A stretch of 32,000 nucleotides of DNA from Candidatus Hadarchaeales archaeon (lineage in GTDB: Archaea > Hadarchaeota > Hadarchaeia > Hadarchaeales > Hadarchaeaceae): contig JAWBCC010000001.1 of NCBI GenBank assembly GCA_038823825.1, positions 420,001-452,000 of the forward strand, read 5' to 3'. Of the stretch, positions 17,044 through 25,766 are shown in pieces (within the stretch, counting starts at the first letter, position 1; every line of letters starts with the position of its first letter). The notes beneath the pieces were generated by a model. That model searched no databases. It was not told the origin of the DNA and was given only the letters and a program-made list of their open reading frames with translations. Made by a program: the position numbers and the translations under genes.

Positions 17044-17438
17044 TATTTTCTATTCAGACCGGCGTCAATTAAAATCTTAGCGTGGTCAAAAGCAAGTCTT
17101 TTCCACGGAATCTTCTTAAAAATTCGGACTTCGGCGGCATCTGAACCAGCGCGCATCTTTCCACTAACTACCTTTGCCAGGAAGCATATGCTTACGACAT
17201 GCCCACGAGGATCGCGAGACGGATCAGAATACACTCCAAGTAGTTTCTCTATTTCAACTTCAAGCCCAGTTTCCTCTTTAACTTCTCTGGTTAGCGCCTC
17301 CTCCACCTTTTCCCCATATTTGACAAAACCTCCCGGAAGCGCCCATTTCCCTCGAAAAGGAGGATTCTTCCTCCTCACCAAAACAATGCCATTCTTCGCT
17401 TTTATCACGGCGTCCACGGCTAATCTAGGCGAGGTCAT
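17043..17438 (-). CDS. Nudix hydrolase
   Basis: Nudix box GGFVKYGEKVEEALTREVKEETGLEV. ATG at 17438 overlaps the upstream TAA (TAATG), and its own TAA overlaps the tfs ATG (TAATG). Confidence 0.85.
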   Translation of the reverse strand: MTSPRLAVDAVIKAKNGIVLVRRKNPPFRGKWALPGGFVKYGEKVEEALTREVKEETGLEVEIEKLLGVYSDPSRDPRGHVVSICFLAKVVSGKMRAGSDAAEVRIFKKIPWKRLAFDHAKILIDAGLNRK

Positions 17439-18016
17439 TATCTTCCCTGTACAATTATGGAAGGCCATCCTAGTTTTGGAACCACATAAACAACTTTACC
17501 GATGATATCTTCTGGTTGTATCTCTCGCTCTTGCGGAAGGGGAAATGGGTTGTGATCCCCTTTGGTTATCAGCCTTATCTCTCCGTCTTTCTGCCAGATT
17601 GCGAGAACCCGGTGAGTCATGGGGAGCCCACCATTTTTACCCCTCATTACTATCACATCACCGACAGAGATTTCGGATATGGAAGAGACTCCTTTAACAA
17701 TTATCAGATCTCCTCTTTGAAAACCTTCCTTAACCGGAAACTTGGAAGTATCGTAAGTACGTAAAACATCCTCCGTAAGAGGTATACCATATTTACTGAG
17801 GAGCCACCTTCTTTCTTCTCGATTCTCGAAGTAAACCCTCCAATTAGGATTATCCTTATGACTCATGCTATCTGAAACCACAGACATCCAGAAAGATGTG
17901 GTTCCAGCGGCTAAGGTTGCGAAGGAAACCATAAAGCTGTATACCAGTAGGAGAGAAAGAACAGTTCCGAGAAGATTTTTAATTTTAGAGCTTCTCTTAC
18001 GTTTATGGCCCGCCAT
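17438..18016 (-). CDS. Signal peptidase I, archaeal S26/Sec11 type
   Basis: N-terminal TM segment, then the catalytic-Ser box VVSDSMSH, followed by GDLIIVKG and THRV. ATG at 18016; the track start at 18025 is a GTG. Confidence 0.8.
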   Translation of the reverse strand: MAGHKRKRSSKIKNLLGTVLSLLLVYSFMVSFATLAAGTTSFWMSVVSDSMSHKDNPNWRVYFENREERRWLLSKYGIPLTEDVLRTYDTSKFPVKEGFQRGDLIIVKGVSSISEISVGDVIVMRGKNGGLPMTHRVLAIWQKDGEIRLITKGDHNPFPLPQEREIQPEDIIGKVVYVVPKLGWPSIIVQGR

Positions 18017-18605
18017 GACTTTCACCTTTTACCATTGCAGTTGCAATCATATGTGCAAGCCTCACCGGTTCAGGTATCGAACTTCTCACACAACTCATTC
18101 TTACTATCTTTTCAGCTTCTCTGAGATTTATCCCAATCGGTTGAATATAAAGGGGCGGCCCCCTTGCTTTCGGACGCATCTCATAAATTTTGCCCGTTTT
18201 CTTTATCAACTGCCATCTTTCTTTCCAACCTGACAAGTTCTTTAGTGCTGTCCTCATTTCACGCATATTTGGTCTTTTCCTTGAAATTACTATGAACGGA
18301 AGACCTAGCTCATCGGAGGCTCTGTGAACATCCAACACGTTGAAACCCGCAAAAGTTATCCCATCCGTCAAAATTACACGAAGCTGCCCTTTATGACGAC
18401 TTTTGGAAACCATCTCAATCAATTTGTCAGTAACATCCATCCCATCTTTTTCTATCTCTGTTTTGAGCACACCATCAACGGACGTTCCCCCTCGGCAAAC
18501 TACTCCAACAAGTAATACGGCTACGGATGTGCTCGGACCATCATCCACTCCGAGCATCCTTATTTCAGGCTTAACATGAAAAGATGCTTGAGGTTTGGTT
18601 GACAT
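18003..18605 (-). CDS. DUF99/UPF0215 family protein (endonuclease dU-like)
   Basis: Characteristic N-terminus IRMLGVDDGP and the expected family length (~200 aa). Confidence 0.75.
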   Translation of the reverse strand: MSTKPQASFHVKPEIRMLGVDDGPSTSVAVLLVGVVCRGGTSVDGVLKTEIEKDGMDVTDKLIEMVSKSRHKGQLRVILTDGITFAGFNVLDVHRASDELGLPFIVISRKRPNMREMRTALKNLSGWKERWQLIKKTGKIYEMRPKARGPPLYIQPIGINLREAEKIVRMSCVRSSIPEPVRLAHMIATAMVKGESHGGP

Positions 18606-18884
18606 TCACTTTAACGCCTTTTTAAACTTTTCCTCGAACTCGTCTATCTGCCTCTGAATTCTGGCAATCGCGTCCTTTATCGCCTTTTCCGGAGTTTTTC
18701 CCGAGGTTTGTATGTAAAAAGTTATCGTTTTTGTAAGAGGATGATCTTCTCTGTAGGCAGCGAATACAACATCTTCGTCACTGTGAAGCTCGGAGCATAG
18801 AAGATTCATAATAGTGTGGTCCGTCCCCGTTACCTTTAGAACTCTTTTCTTTTCCTCTTTCTCGACTACCTCTACTTCCATCAT
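18606..18884 (-). CDS. rpoL: DNA-directed RNA polymerase subunit L (Rpo11)
   Basis: GTDHTIMNLLCSELHSDEDVVFAAYREDHPL...TFYIQT pattern. A strong SD, AGGAGGT, lies 6-7 nt upstream of the ATG. Confidence 0.9.
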   Translation of the reverse strand: MMEVEVVEKEEKKRVLKVTGTDHTIMNLLCSELHSDEDVVFAAYREDHPLTKTITFYIQTSGKTPEKAIKDAIARIQRQIDEFEEKFKKALK

Positions 18885-19076
18885 TCATAACCTCCTTGCA
18901 ATCTCTCTAATTTTCCTTATCGTACTTTTAATCTCTTCCTCATCACCATAGATGTAAATATTTACCGCGCATCCTGAGCCTTCTGCGTCCATGTTGGCAC
19001 TTATTTCACCGAGAGCTTCCATAAGCTTCATTAGGGAAGAAGCATTTGATACTTTTATCCGGATTTTTTTCTTCAA
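18885..19076 (-). CDS. Small hypothetical protein (63 aa from TTG; 48 aa if the internal ATG is used)
   Basis: Fills exactly the gap between the csl4 stop and the rpoL start. The TTG overlaps the csl4 TGA, and its own TGA abuts the rpoL ATG. Predicted beta-alpha-beta-alpha-like sequence (IRIKVSNASSLMKLMEAL...AVNIYIYGDEEEIKSTIRKIREIA). No family confidently recognised. Confidence 0.4.
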   Translation of the reverse strand: MKKKIRIKVSNASSLMKLMEALGEISANMDAEGSGCAVNIYIYGDEEEIKSTIRKIREIARRL

Positions 19077-19651
19077 GGTGTCCCCCGCCTATAGTCCGTA
19101 GAGAGTTTTCTTGTTTCAGTACTTCCGCAAGTCCTGCATTTCAGTTTGTTGTCCTCCTTTTCAAGAGGTTGGCGACATTTGGAACAGAGAGCATATATCA
19201 CACCCAGGGCTCTATCTATCGTTGTGAGGTGAACACATTCTGGCCGGACCTCGATTACTTTTGCTTTTATTATGTCTCCAGCTTTAAACATCGCTCCTAA
19301 ATCACGCACGAATCCGCGCTGAACTTTGGAGATATGAAGAATACCGATTCTCGGAGGTGGGAGCTCCCTATCCTCCTTACCGATCATGTTCATGAGCAGG
19401 ACGGTGGCAAACTGATCTCTTACTTCTTCGACACGCCCTATGACCAAATCTCCCGGTTTTAGAATTGGGAGAGTCTTGGTCCTAGCAAAAACTGAAACTT
19501 TTCTTGTTCGAATATCAAGGAGAACTATTCCAATGGATGAAGAGTAGACTTTTCCTTTTTCTTCATATGTTCCTTCGCCTGGAAGAAATTCCTCGGGCGT
19601 GGCAAGGAAATCGCCCGGAAGCACGAAATCTCCAGTCTTTACTTCAACCAT
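19073..19651 (-). CDS. csl4: Exosome complex RNA-binding subunit Csl4
   Basis: N-terminal domain, S1 domain (GDLVIGRVEEVRDQFATVLL...) and C-terminal zinc ribbon CSKCRQPL...CRTCG. ATG at 19651; the track start at 19657 is a TTG. Confidence 0.88.
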   Translation of the reverse strand: MVEVKTGDFVLPGDFLATPEEFLPGEGTYEEKGKVYSSSIGIVLLDIRTRKVSVFARTKTLPILKPGDLVIGRVEEVRDQFATVLLMNMIGKEDRELPPPRIGILHISKVQRGFVRDLGAMFKAGDIIKAKVIEVRPECVHLTTIDRALGVIYALCSKCRQPLEKEDNKLKCRTCGSTETRKLSTDYRRGTP

Positions 19652-19671
19652 TTTCAATCCCCTTCTTTGAT

Positions 19672-20673
19672 TTATTTCAATGCCATTATAAAGTCCTGCT
19701 CTTTAACCTCGTCAAGCTCATATGAAGCCTTTTCTCCTAGGATTATCGAGAGTTCAGATGATGTCAACACGGGGAAGTCGAAAAGTTCCCAATCGTCAAT
19801 CGGTATTCTCGGACAGGCGACAATGACCGCTGCATCTGGGTCAAAATCCGCCAGAGAGTCTGACGAAATTTTATCCACAATCAACAAAGTGGCTTTTCGT
19901 TCATTTCTGAGTAACTTTTCATAAATTTTTTCCGCTAATGCGAATCGAAATTGCCCTGGTTTCGTGGAAACCACAACACACCATTTCCGAGCATCACGAG
20001 CACGCATGATGTATGCCATTCTCTTACGAAGGAACTCTTCTCCACTAATTTCCTCGACCTCAAATGTATGAGGGTTCACACATATAACTGGGCTATTAGA
20101 GATTATCGATGCGCCGAGTGGATGAAATCTGCCAGTTCCGAGATAAAGAAGACGGTCAGGATTGAGAACCGAACGAACACTTTGAAGATCACAGCCAAGA
20201 ATTTGACCATCATACTTCGTCCTCCAGCCGTGTTGTCCGATCATGGGAATTCCACCCAGTCTTCGAATGATTGCCGCAAGATCGGAAAGGTAGTCGATAT
20301 ATTGGACCGTCGTGAAGATAGCAACCTTTTTTCCACAAATATCTCCGATTATTTTTTCCAAGGGTTCTAAATCCAAGTTTTTTACCCTAGCTTCCACGTA
20401 AAGAACCGGGATCTCTGTCCTCAGACCCATGTCTGAATGTCCATAGTGAACTAGAGCGGAGCAACCAGCTTGACACGCCTGCTTATCTGCAAGGTCGCAA
20501 GATCCGAAACAGCTATCAAAAACAATTGGTTTTATTCCTTCTCTGTAATAGACCTCCAGAATCTCGTCGCAATATCTCTTTAAACCAGCAGGAAGTTGAA
20601 TCCCAACACTTTTGTTCTTGTATTGTCGGATGAACTTCACGACTTTTTCTTCTTCGAAATCAAATAACATCAT
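19672..20673 (-). CDS. dph2: Diphthamide synthesis enzyme Dph2 (2-(3-amino-3-carboxypropyl)histidine synthase)
   Basis: The N-terminal region resembles archaeal Dph2: VGIQLPAGLKRY...FGSCDLAD...GCSALVHYGHSDM. Three-domain length (333 aa). Confidence 0.88.
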   Translation of the reverse strand: MMLFDFEEEKVVKFIRQYKNKSVGIQLPAGLKRYCDEILEVYYREGIKPIVFDSCFGSCDLADKQACQAGCSALVHYGHSDMGLRTEIPVLYVEARVKNLDLEPLEKIIGDICGKKVAIFTTVQYIDYLSDLAAIIRRLGGIPMIGQHGWRTKYDGQILGCDLQSVRSVLNPDRLLYLGTGRFHPLGASIISNSPVICVNPHTFEVEEISGEEFLRKRMAYIMRARDARKWCVVVSTKPGQFRFALAEKIYEKLLRNERKATLLIVDKISSDSLADFDPDAAVIVACPRIPIDDWELFDFPVLTSSELSIILGEKASYELDEVKEQDFIMALK

Positions 20674-20834
20674 TTAAAGATTAATCTCGGACAACAATTA
20701 ATAAGGATGTAATAGACGAGAATCTCTGCGTTCAATGTGCCCTCTGCACGTTCTCGAAATATTCGAGTATCCGAAGCTAGTTGGAGGATGCTATAAAGCT
20801 TATCCAGGGAAAGAAAACTAAGCGTACAATGATG

Positions 20835-21803
20835 TCACAATAGACGACTGGAGATCTGTTTCAAAACAGCTGGTTTATTTCTTCCGATTGGAGAACCAAC
20901 AACCACTGTTGTTATTCCGAGCTTTCTTAGAGCTTCGATTCTTTCTTCCAAAACCTTTAGCGGTCCTGTAACACTGAACGCTTCGATCATCTCAGGGGTT
21001 ACCTCCTCGCGGGCTTTTTCTATACTTCCAGCCAAAATTCTTCTCCTAACTTTCTCGACATCTTTCTCGTTTATTCCGTGTCTCTCCAAAGAACTTTTTG
21101 GAGCAGATGATGCGATGAATGAGACAACTCCTCTGACCAACTTTCTAGCTACCTCTGGATCATCGTCTATGGATACGGCCATATAGGCCACAAAGTCAAA
21201 ATTCTTTTTCTTGACTCTCATCCCATCTCTAACGAAACTTAACGATTCGCGTATATCTTCTGGATGTGAAGCATTTATCAACACACCATCTCCCAAGCGC
21301 CCGGCAAGTTTGAGCATTTTCTCCCTTCTACCACCAACGTAAATTGGAATATGACCTCCCGGATCGAATCGCAACCTTGCTCCCTGACACTTGAAAATTT
21401 CCCCATTGAAAAATATGGTACGGCCGGAAAGCAGACCTCTAATGATTTTGATTGCTTCTTCCACGGCTCTCACCGGTTTCTCTTGCTTTAATCCCACTGT
21501 TTGGAGGAATAACGGGTCTCCAGCGGATATTCCAAGTATGGCTCTGCCTGCAGAGATCTCATTTAACGTCGCTATCGCCGTTGCTGTGATCGCTGGGTGC
21601 GCAGTATAAGGATTCGTGACACCTGGCCCAAGAGAAATCTTTGACGTGCTAAGAGCCAACCTCGTCAAAACTGTGTGGACATAGCGATTATGGTAGTGGT
21701 CACATATCCAAATCTGGCTAAAACGAAGGCGTTCGACAAGTTTTGCAAGAGAAACCATTTTGTCTATTTCTATGTATGGAACAAACTCAACCCCCAGCCG
21801 CAT
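20835..21803 (-). CDS. mer: F420-dependent 5,10-methylenetetrahydromethanopterin reductase (Mer)-like LLM-family oxidoreductase
   Basis: MRLGVEFVP...IWICDHYHNRYVHTVL...LGPGVTNPYTAHPAITATAIATLNEISAGRAILGISAGD closely follows the Mer N-terminal pattern. ATG at 21803; the track start at 21806 is a GTG. Confidence 0.75.
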   Translation of the reverse strand: MRLGVEFVPYIEIDKMVSLAKLVERLRFSQIWICDHYHNRYVHTVLTRLALSTSKISLGPGVTNPYTAHPAITATAIATLNEISAGRAILGISAGDPLFLQTVGLKQEKPVRAVEEAIKIIRGLLSGRTIFFNGEIFKCQGARLRFDPGGHIPIYVGGRREKMLKLAGRLGDGVLINASHPEDIRESLSFVRDGMRVKKKNFDFVAYMAVSIDDDPEVARKLVRGVVSFIASSAPKSSLERHGINEKDVEKVRRRILAGSIEKAREEVTPEMIEAFSVTGPLKVLEERIEALRKLGITTVVVGSPIGRNKPAVLKQISSRLL

Positions 21804-21821
21804 CACTTTTCTTTAATCTCT

Positions 21822-21836
21822 GATATAATAAAATAC
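21822..21836. promoter_or_regulatory. Shared AT-rich TATA region (GATATAATAAAATAC) for divergent mer (-) and cofE (+)
   Basis: It is the only AT-rich element in the 50-nt spacer. ATG 21803 (-) and ATG 21854 (+) lie symmetrically ~25 nt either side of its centre, consistent with two leaderless transcripts. Confidence 0.4.
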
Positions 21837-21853
21837 AATGTGTGGGGATTGAA

Positions 21854-22597
21854 ATGGAATTTCTACCACTTCGAAATTTCCCAATTGTAAAACCCGGAGA
21901 CAACCTCCCCAAGCTCATCGTAGAAACCGTGGGAAAAAACAATGTTTCGCTTGAGGAGGGAGACATAATCGTTGTATGTCAGAGCATAGTTTCTAAGAGC
22001 GAAGGAAGAATCGTTAACCTAGAGAAAGTTAAACCAAGTCGATTGAGTGTGGCATTAGCAAAGAAGCTCGGAAAAGATCCTAGAGAAGTTGAGGTAATTT
22101 TATCTGAATCTTCTGAAATCATCAAGATTGCACACGTCATAATTTCCCGAACGAAACATGGCTTTGTCTGTGCCAATGCCGGAGTTGATCGATCAAATGC
22201 TCCACCAAACTGCGTGACGCTTCTGCCGGAAAATCCAGACGAGTCTGCGAAAAAAATACGTGATTTCATAAGGAAAAAACTCGGCGTTAATGTCGGAGTA
22301 ATAATCACGGATACGCAGGGGAGAGCTTTTAGACTCGGATGCGTAGGCGTCGCCATTGGCGTTGCTGGCGTTAAGGTGTTAGATGACCTCAGAGGAAAAA
22401 AAGACATTTATGGTAAAAAACTTGTTTCAACAATCACGAGCCCTGCAGACGCAATAGCTGCAGCCGCTGTGTTGATGATGGGTGAAGCCGATGAGAAAAC
22501 CCCCGTCGTAATAGTTCGCAATGCCCCACAATCTGTGTTCGGAGAGAGCAAATGCATCGAGCTTGTGAGACCAAAAGAGAAGGATCTTTTTGTATAA
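21854..22597 (+). CDS. cofE: Coenzyme F420-0:L-glutamate ligase CofE
   Basis: FPIVKPGDNLPKLI..., SKSEGR, ...GFVCANAGVDRSN, ITDTQGRAFRLG. ATG at 21854; the GTG at 21842 sits too close to the TATA element. Confidence 0.9.
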   Translation: MEFLPLRNFPIVKPGDNLPKLIVETVGKNNVSLEEGDIIVVCQSIVSKSEGRIVNLEKVKPSRLSVALAKKLGKDPREVEVILSESSEIIKIAHVIISRTKHGFVCANAGVDRSNAPPNCVTLLPENPDESAKKIRDFIRKKLGVNVGVIITDTQGRAFRLGCVGVAIGVAGVKVLDDLRGKKDIYGKKLVSTITSPADAIAAAAVLMMGEADEKTPVVIVRNAPQSVFGESKCIELVRPKEKDLFV

Positions 22598-22607
22598 GGT
22601 GTGATGG

Positions 22608-23543
22608 ATGATAACCGTTCTTTCCGGGGGAACCGGAACGCCAAAACTCATTCAAGGTTTAACCAAAATTGTAGATCAACGTAATCTGAGGATAATAGTG
22701 AACACAGCCGAAGATACTGAGATTTCTGGATTGTATGTTTCACCAGATATTGATACGGTTGTTTACACTCTGGCCGGAATTGTCAACGAAGAAACATGGT
22801 ATGGGATATCTGGAGACACATTTAGCTGCTATGAAATGTTGAAAGTTTTGGGAGAAAAAGAGTTGTTGAGAATCGGTGATAAAGATAGAGCTGTCAAACT
22901 TTACCGAACCTTAAAAATGCGGGAAGGATGGAGTCTATCAAGAATAACCGGAGAAATCTGCAGAACTCTTGGAGTTAAGGCAATAGTTTTGCCTATGAGT
23001 GATGATCGCGTTAGAACAGTCATTCACACGGAGGAGGGCGATTTGAGTTTCCACGAGTTCTGGGTCGCGAGAAGAGCAAATGTAAACGTAAAAAATGTAA
23101 CTTTTGAGAATTTGGAAAATGCTCGACCCGCGCCTGGAGTTCTGGAGGCCATTGATGAAAGTTCGCTAGTGATCATCGGACCTAGCAATCCGGTGACCAG
23201 TATCGGACCTATCATCGGAGTTCGAGAAATAGGAAAGAAATTGATGAAGAATAGAGAGAAGGTAGTGGCCGTTAGTCCCATCATAGGTAATGCTCCAGTC
23301 AGTGGCCCCGCAGGGATCTTGATGAAAGCCTTAAAATATGAAGTAAACCCAGTTGGTGTTGCAAAGATTTACAGACAATTTATAAAGACTATTTTTGTGG
23401 ATAAAAGTGATCATTATCTCGCTCCTGAAATTGAGCGGCTCGGCATTTCTGTGGAGAGTGCCGACCTCTTTCTACCCGATATTGAATCCAGAGAGAGACT
23501 CGCAAGAAAAATTTTGGAATATCTAAACGAACGATCATCCTAA
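22608..23543 (+). CDS. cofD: 2-phospho-L-lactate transferase CofD
   Basis: MITVLSGGTGTPKLIQGL, IGDKDRA and GPSNPVTSIGPI motifs typical of CofD. Confidence 0.9.
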   Translation: MITVLSGGTGTPKLIQGLTKIVDQRNLRIIVNTAEDTEISGLYVSPDIDTVVYTLAGIVNEETWYGISGDTFSCYEMLKVLGEKELLRIGDKDRAVKLYRTLKMREGWSLSRITGEICRTLGVKAIVLPMSDDRVRTVIHTEEGDLSFHEFWVARRANVNVKNVTFENLENARPAPGVLEAIDESSLVIIGPSNPVTSIGPIIGVREIGKKLMKNREKVVAVSPIIGNAPVSGPAGILMKALKYEVNPVGVAKIYRQFIKTIFVDKSDHYLAPEIERLGISVESADLFLPDIESRERLARKILEYLNERSS

Positions 23544-23589
23544 CCTACTGAAAGTTATTTATGGTCGTAGAGAGTATATTGGTGGAGTA

Positions 23590-24411
23590 GTGCAGAAAGT
23601 TGCTGATCTTCACATTCATACTATTGCCTCTGATGGTAGCTACAGACCTGAAGAAGCTGTAAAAATCGCCAAGAAAATGAAGATTTCTGCGATAGCGATC
23701 TGCGATCACGATTCTGTGGACGGAATTGAACCGGCATTAGAAGCTGGAAAACTTTATCGGGTTAAGGTCATACCGGCTGTCGAGATGTGTTATGAAGAAG
23801 GTCCAACTGGAGCTCACATCGTTGGTTATTTTATTGATTGGCGAAATGCCACTTTGAAAGAAGCGTTACGCGAAATTCAGCAGGGGCGATTCAGAAGAAT
23901 AAGAGATATTGTTGATAGATTATCCGAAATCGGAATCGAAATAACACTCGCAGACGTTTTGGCAGAAGCGGCAGAAGGAAGTGTGCTAACGAGACCTCAT
24001 GTGGCAAGAGCCATGGTTAAGCGCGGATACGTGAAATCTGAATCAGAGGCATTTGAAAAATATTTGATCTATGGACGCCCGGCCTATGTCAACCGTTACC
24101 AACTCCCCCTTGGAGAAATCATGCGGTTGATAAGGAATTCCGGAGGAGTTCCCGTGCTTGCTCATCCAAAATATCAGGACGCCATAAAGTTTGTACCTTA
24201 CCTTGTAGAACTTGGTCTCAAAGGGATCGAAGTTTACCACCCAGATCACACACCAAAAGAAGTAGCAAGATTCAAGAAAATTGCCAAAAAATACGGATTG
24301 ATCGAGATAGGCGGTTCTGATGCTCACGGGGCTGAAAGACCCATAGGAACCGTAACAGTTCCGTACGAAATTGTAGAAAGATTGGAGAAAGCCAGACCTG
24401 AGATGATTTAA
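23590..24411 (+). CDS. PHP-domain phosphoesterase (TrpH/YciV, COG0613-like)
   Basis: DLHIHTIASDGS, AICDHDSVDG, LAHP and GSDAHG metal-binding motifs. GTG start preceded by GGTGGAG. Confidence 0.85.
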   Translation: MQKVADLHIHTIASDGSYRPEEAVKIAKKMKISAIAICDHDSVDGIEPALEAGKLYRVKVIPAVEMCYEEGPTGAHIVGYFIDWRNATLKEALREIQQGRFRRIRDIVDRLSEIGIEITLADVLAEAAEGSVLTRPHVARAMVKRGYVKSESEAFEKYLIYGRPAYVNRYQLPLGEIMRLIRNSGGVPVLAHPKYQDAIKFVPYLVELGLKGIEVYHPDHTPKEVARFKKIAKKYGLIEIGGSDAHGAERPIGTVTVPYEIVERLEKARPEMI

Positions 24412-24416
24412 AGGAG

Positions 24417-25709
24417 TCAAACTGGTTTCATTTTGCCCCACTTTTCGAGAGCTTTTTTCAATTCGATGTGTTTTTCTGCCTGCTCTTCTAGCGGAATGTT
24501 CTGTTTGTATGCTTCTATGGCCTGTATCACCGCCATTGCCCCTGCGCGAACTCCCATCGGATGTCCAAATGTTCCTCCTCCAACCTGAACGACGATATCC
24601 GTGGTTCCATAGAGATTGAAAATCTCCGGCAAGATTCCAGGATGAAGCCCGCCGGACGCCACTGGAAGCATTGGCTTTATCTTCCCCCATGACTGCGAAA
24701 GTCGGAAGCCTGGTATCTCATTCACCTCACGCTTTACGATTGCGTCCCTGATGGCTAAGACTTCTTCCCTCTCTCCAGCGAGTTTTCCGATAACCGTGCC
24801 GATGTGGAGCTGATCCACGCCTGCTAAACGCATGAGTTTCGCCAGAACCAGCATCGACATCCCGTGCTTGGGATTGCGCGTAAACATTGCATGCATCGCC
24901 CTATGTCCGTGAATTGCCATGCGATAATCACGCGCGAGTTCGGTGGCTGTCTGCACCGCCGTGAATCCACTCACAACAACATCGATCATAAAATATCGGA
25001 AACCATTGTCGTGAACAAGTTTTATCCTTCTTTCTAGTTCCCAAAGGTCTGGAGCCGTCACATTAATGAATGCGTCCTTCACCTCACCCGTTTCTCTTTC
25101 CGCTCTATCTCTCTGCTTCGCTAGAAGAGTCACGCGTTTCTCGAATCTGTTGAATCTTTGACTTGTCAAATTTTCGTCGTCCTTCACACAGTCGATCCCG
25201 CCAACCCAAAGTTCATAAGCCATTTTGGCGTGTTCCGACGCGCTGAAGCCAACCTTTGGTTTCGGAACCACGGCGGTTATCGGACCAGACTCTCGCCTGA
25301 ATATCTTTTTTATAGCATCAATGCCATAAAGTGGACCGCTGAAATCTTTCAGATATTCGCTTGGAAATTGTATGTCGATCAATCTTAGATTTTTGAGAGC
25401 CTTCATACCATAGATGTTGCCACCAACTGCACTCATCAGCCCTGCGATTGATCCGTGCTCAAAGCTGTCCATTGGATAAGCGATTTTGACAAGGTTCTCC
25501 CTATACCAGAAGGCAACGGCTTTGGGTAGACTTTTTGGAAGGACTGTTAACGTTGTCCAAGTTCCGCAGGAGCTCTCTGAGGCGATTCTTCCGATAGCCT
25601 CCTCTGCCGATATCCCATTTGCCGGTTCATAATAGAAAAGCGCCACTACGTCGCTTGATTTGGGTTTATATTTCTTATCAACAAACTCTAGATACCATTC
25701 GACCTTCAT
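24417..25709 (-). CDS. rbcL: Ribulose-1,5-bisphosphate carboxylase/oxygenase large subunit, form III
   Basis: Motifs ESSCGTWTT, GGNIYG, TAVVPKPKVG, GGIDCVKDDE, HGHRAMH, LHIGT..GKLAG, SGGLHPG, GGGTFGHP. The N-terminus MKVEWYLEFVDKKYKP resembles archaeal form III enzymes. ATG at 25709; the GTG at 25721 is probably upstream of the TSS. Confidence 0.92.
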   Translation of the reverse strand: MKVEWYLEFVDKKYKPKSSDVVALFYYEPANGISAEEAIGRIASESSCGTWTTLTVLPKSLPKAVAFWYRENLVKIAYPMDSFEHGSIAGLMSAVGGNIYGMKALKNLRLIDIQFPSEYLKDFSGPLYGIDAIKKIFRRESGPITAVVPKPKVGFSASEHAKMAYELWVGGIDCVKDDENLTSQRFNRFEKRVTLLAKQRDRAERETGEVKDAFINVTAPDLWELERRIKLVHDNGFRYFMIDVVVSGFTAVQTATELARDYRMAIHGHRAMHAMFTRNPKHGMSMLVLAKLMRLAGVDQLHIGTVIGKLAGEREEVLAIRDAIVKREVNEIPGFRLSQSWGKIKPMLPVASGGLHPGILPEIFNLYGTTDIVVQVGGGTFGHPMGVRAGAMAVIQAIEAYKQNIPLEEQAEKHIELKKALEKWGKMKPV

Positions 25710-25738
25710 CTCATCATCCACTACTTTACTGTTTTTTC

Positions 25739-25748
25739 ATATATTAAG
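25739..25748 (-). promoter_or_regulatory. TATA-like box (CTTAATATAT on the - strand) for rbcL
   Basis: Lies in the 45-nt gap between the cbf5 stop and rbcL, ~30 nt upstream of ATG 25709. Confidence 0.4.
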
Positions 25749-25766
25749 CCAACAAACACCGTTGTC

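Noticed and set aside
20674-20834. 161-nt intergenic region between mer and dph2: possible sRNA, C/D-box-like ATGATG at 20829, hairpin CTCGAA-ATA-TTCGAG at 20753-20767, and a 28-aa ORF at 20734-20820
   Set aside because: No paired C/D or C'/D' boxes (no CUGA at the right spacing). The hairpin is short, and the mini-ORF has no SD or recognisable sequence. The region is adequately explained by the mer oligo-T terminator (TTTTCTTT on the - strand, ~20810-20818) and a dph2 TATA-like TTATTAAT ~33 nt upstream of ATG 20673.
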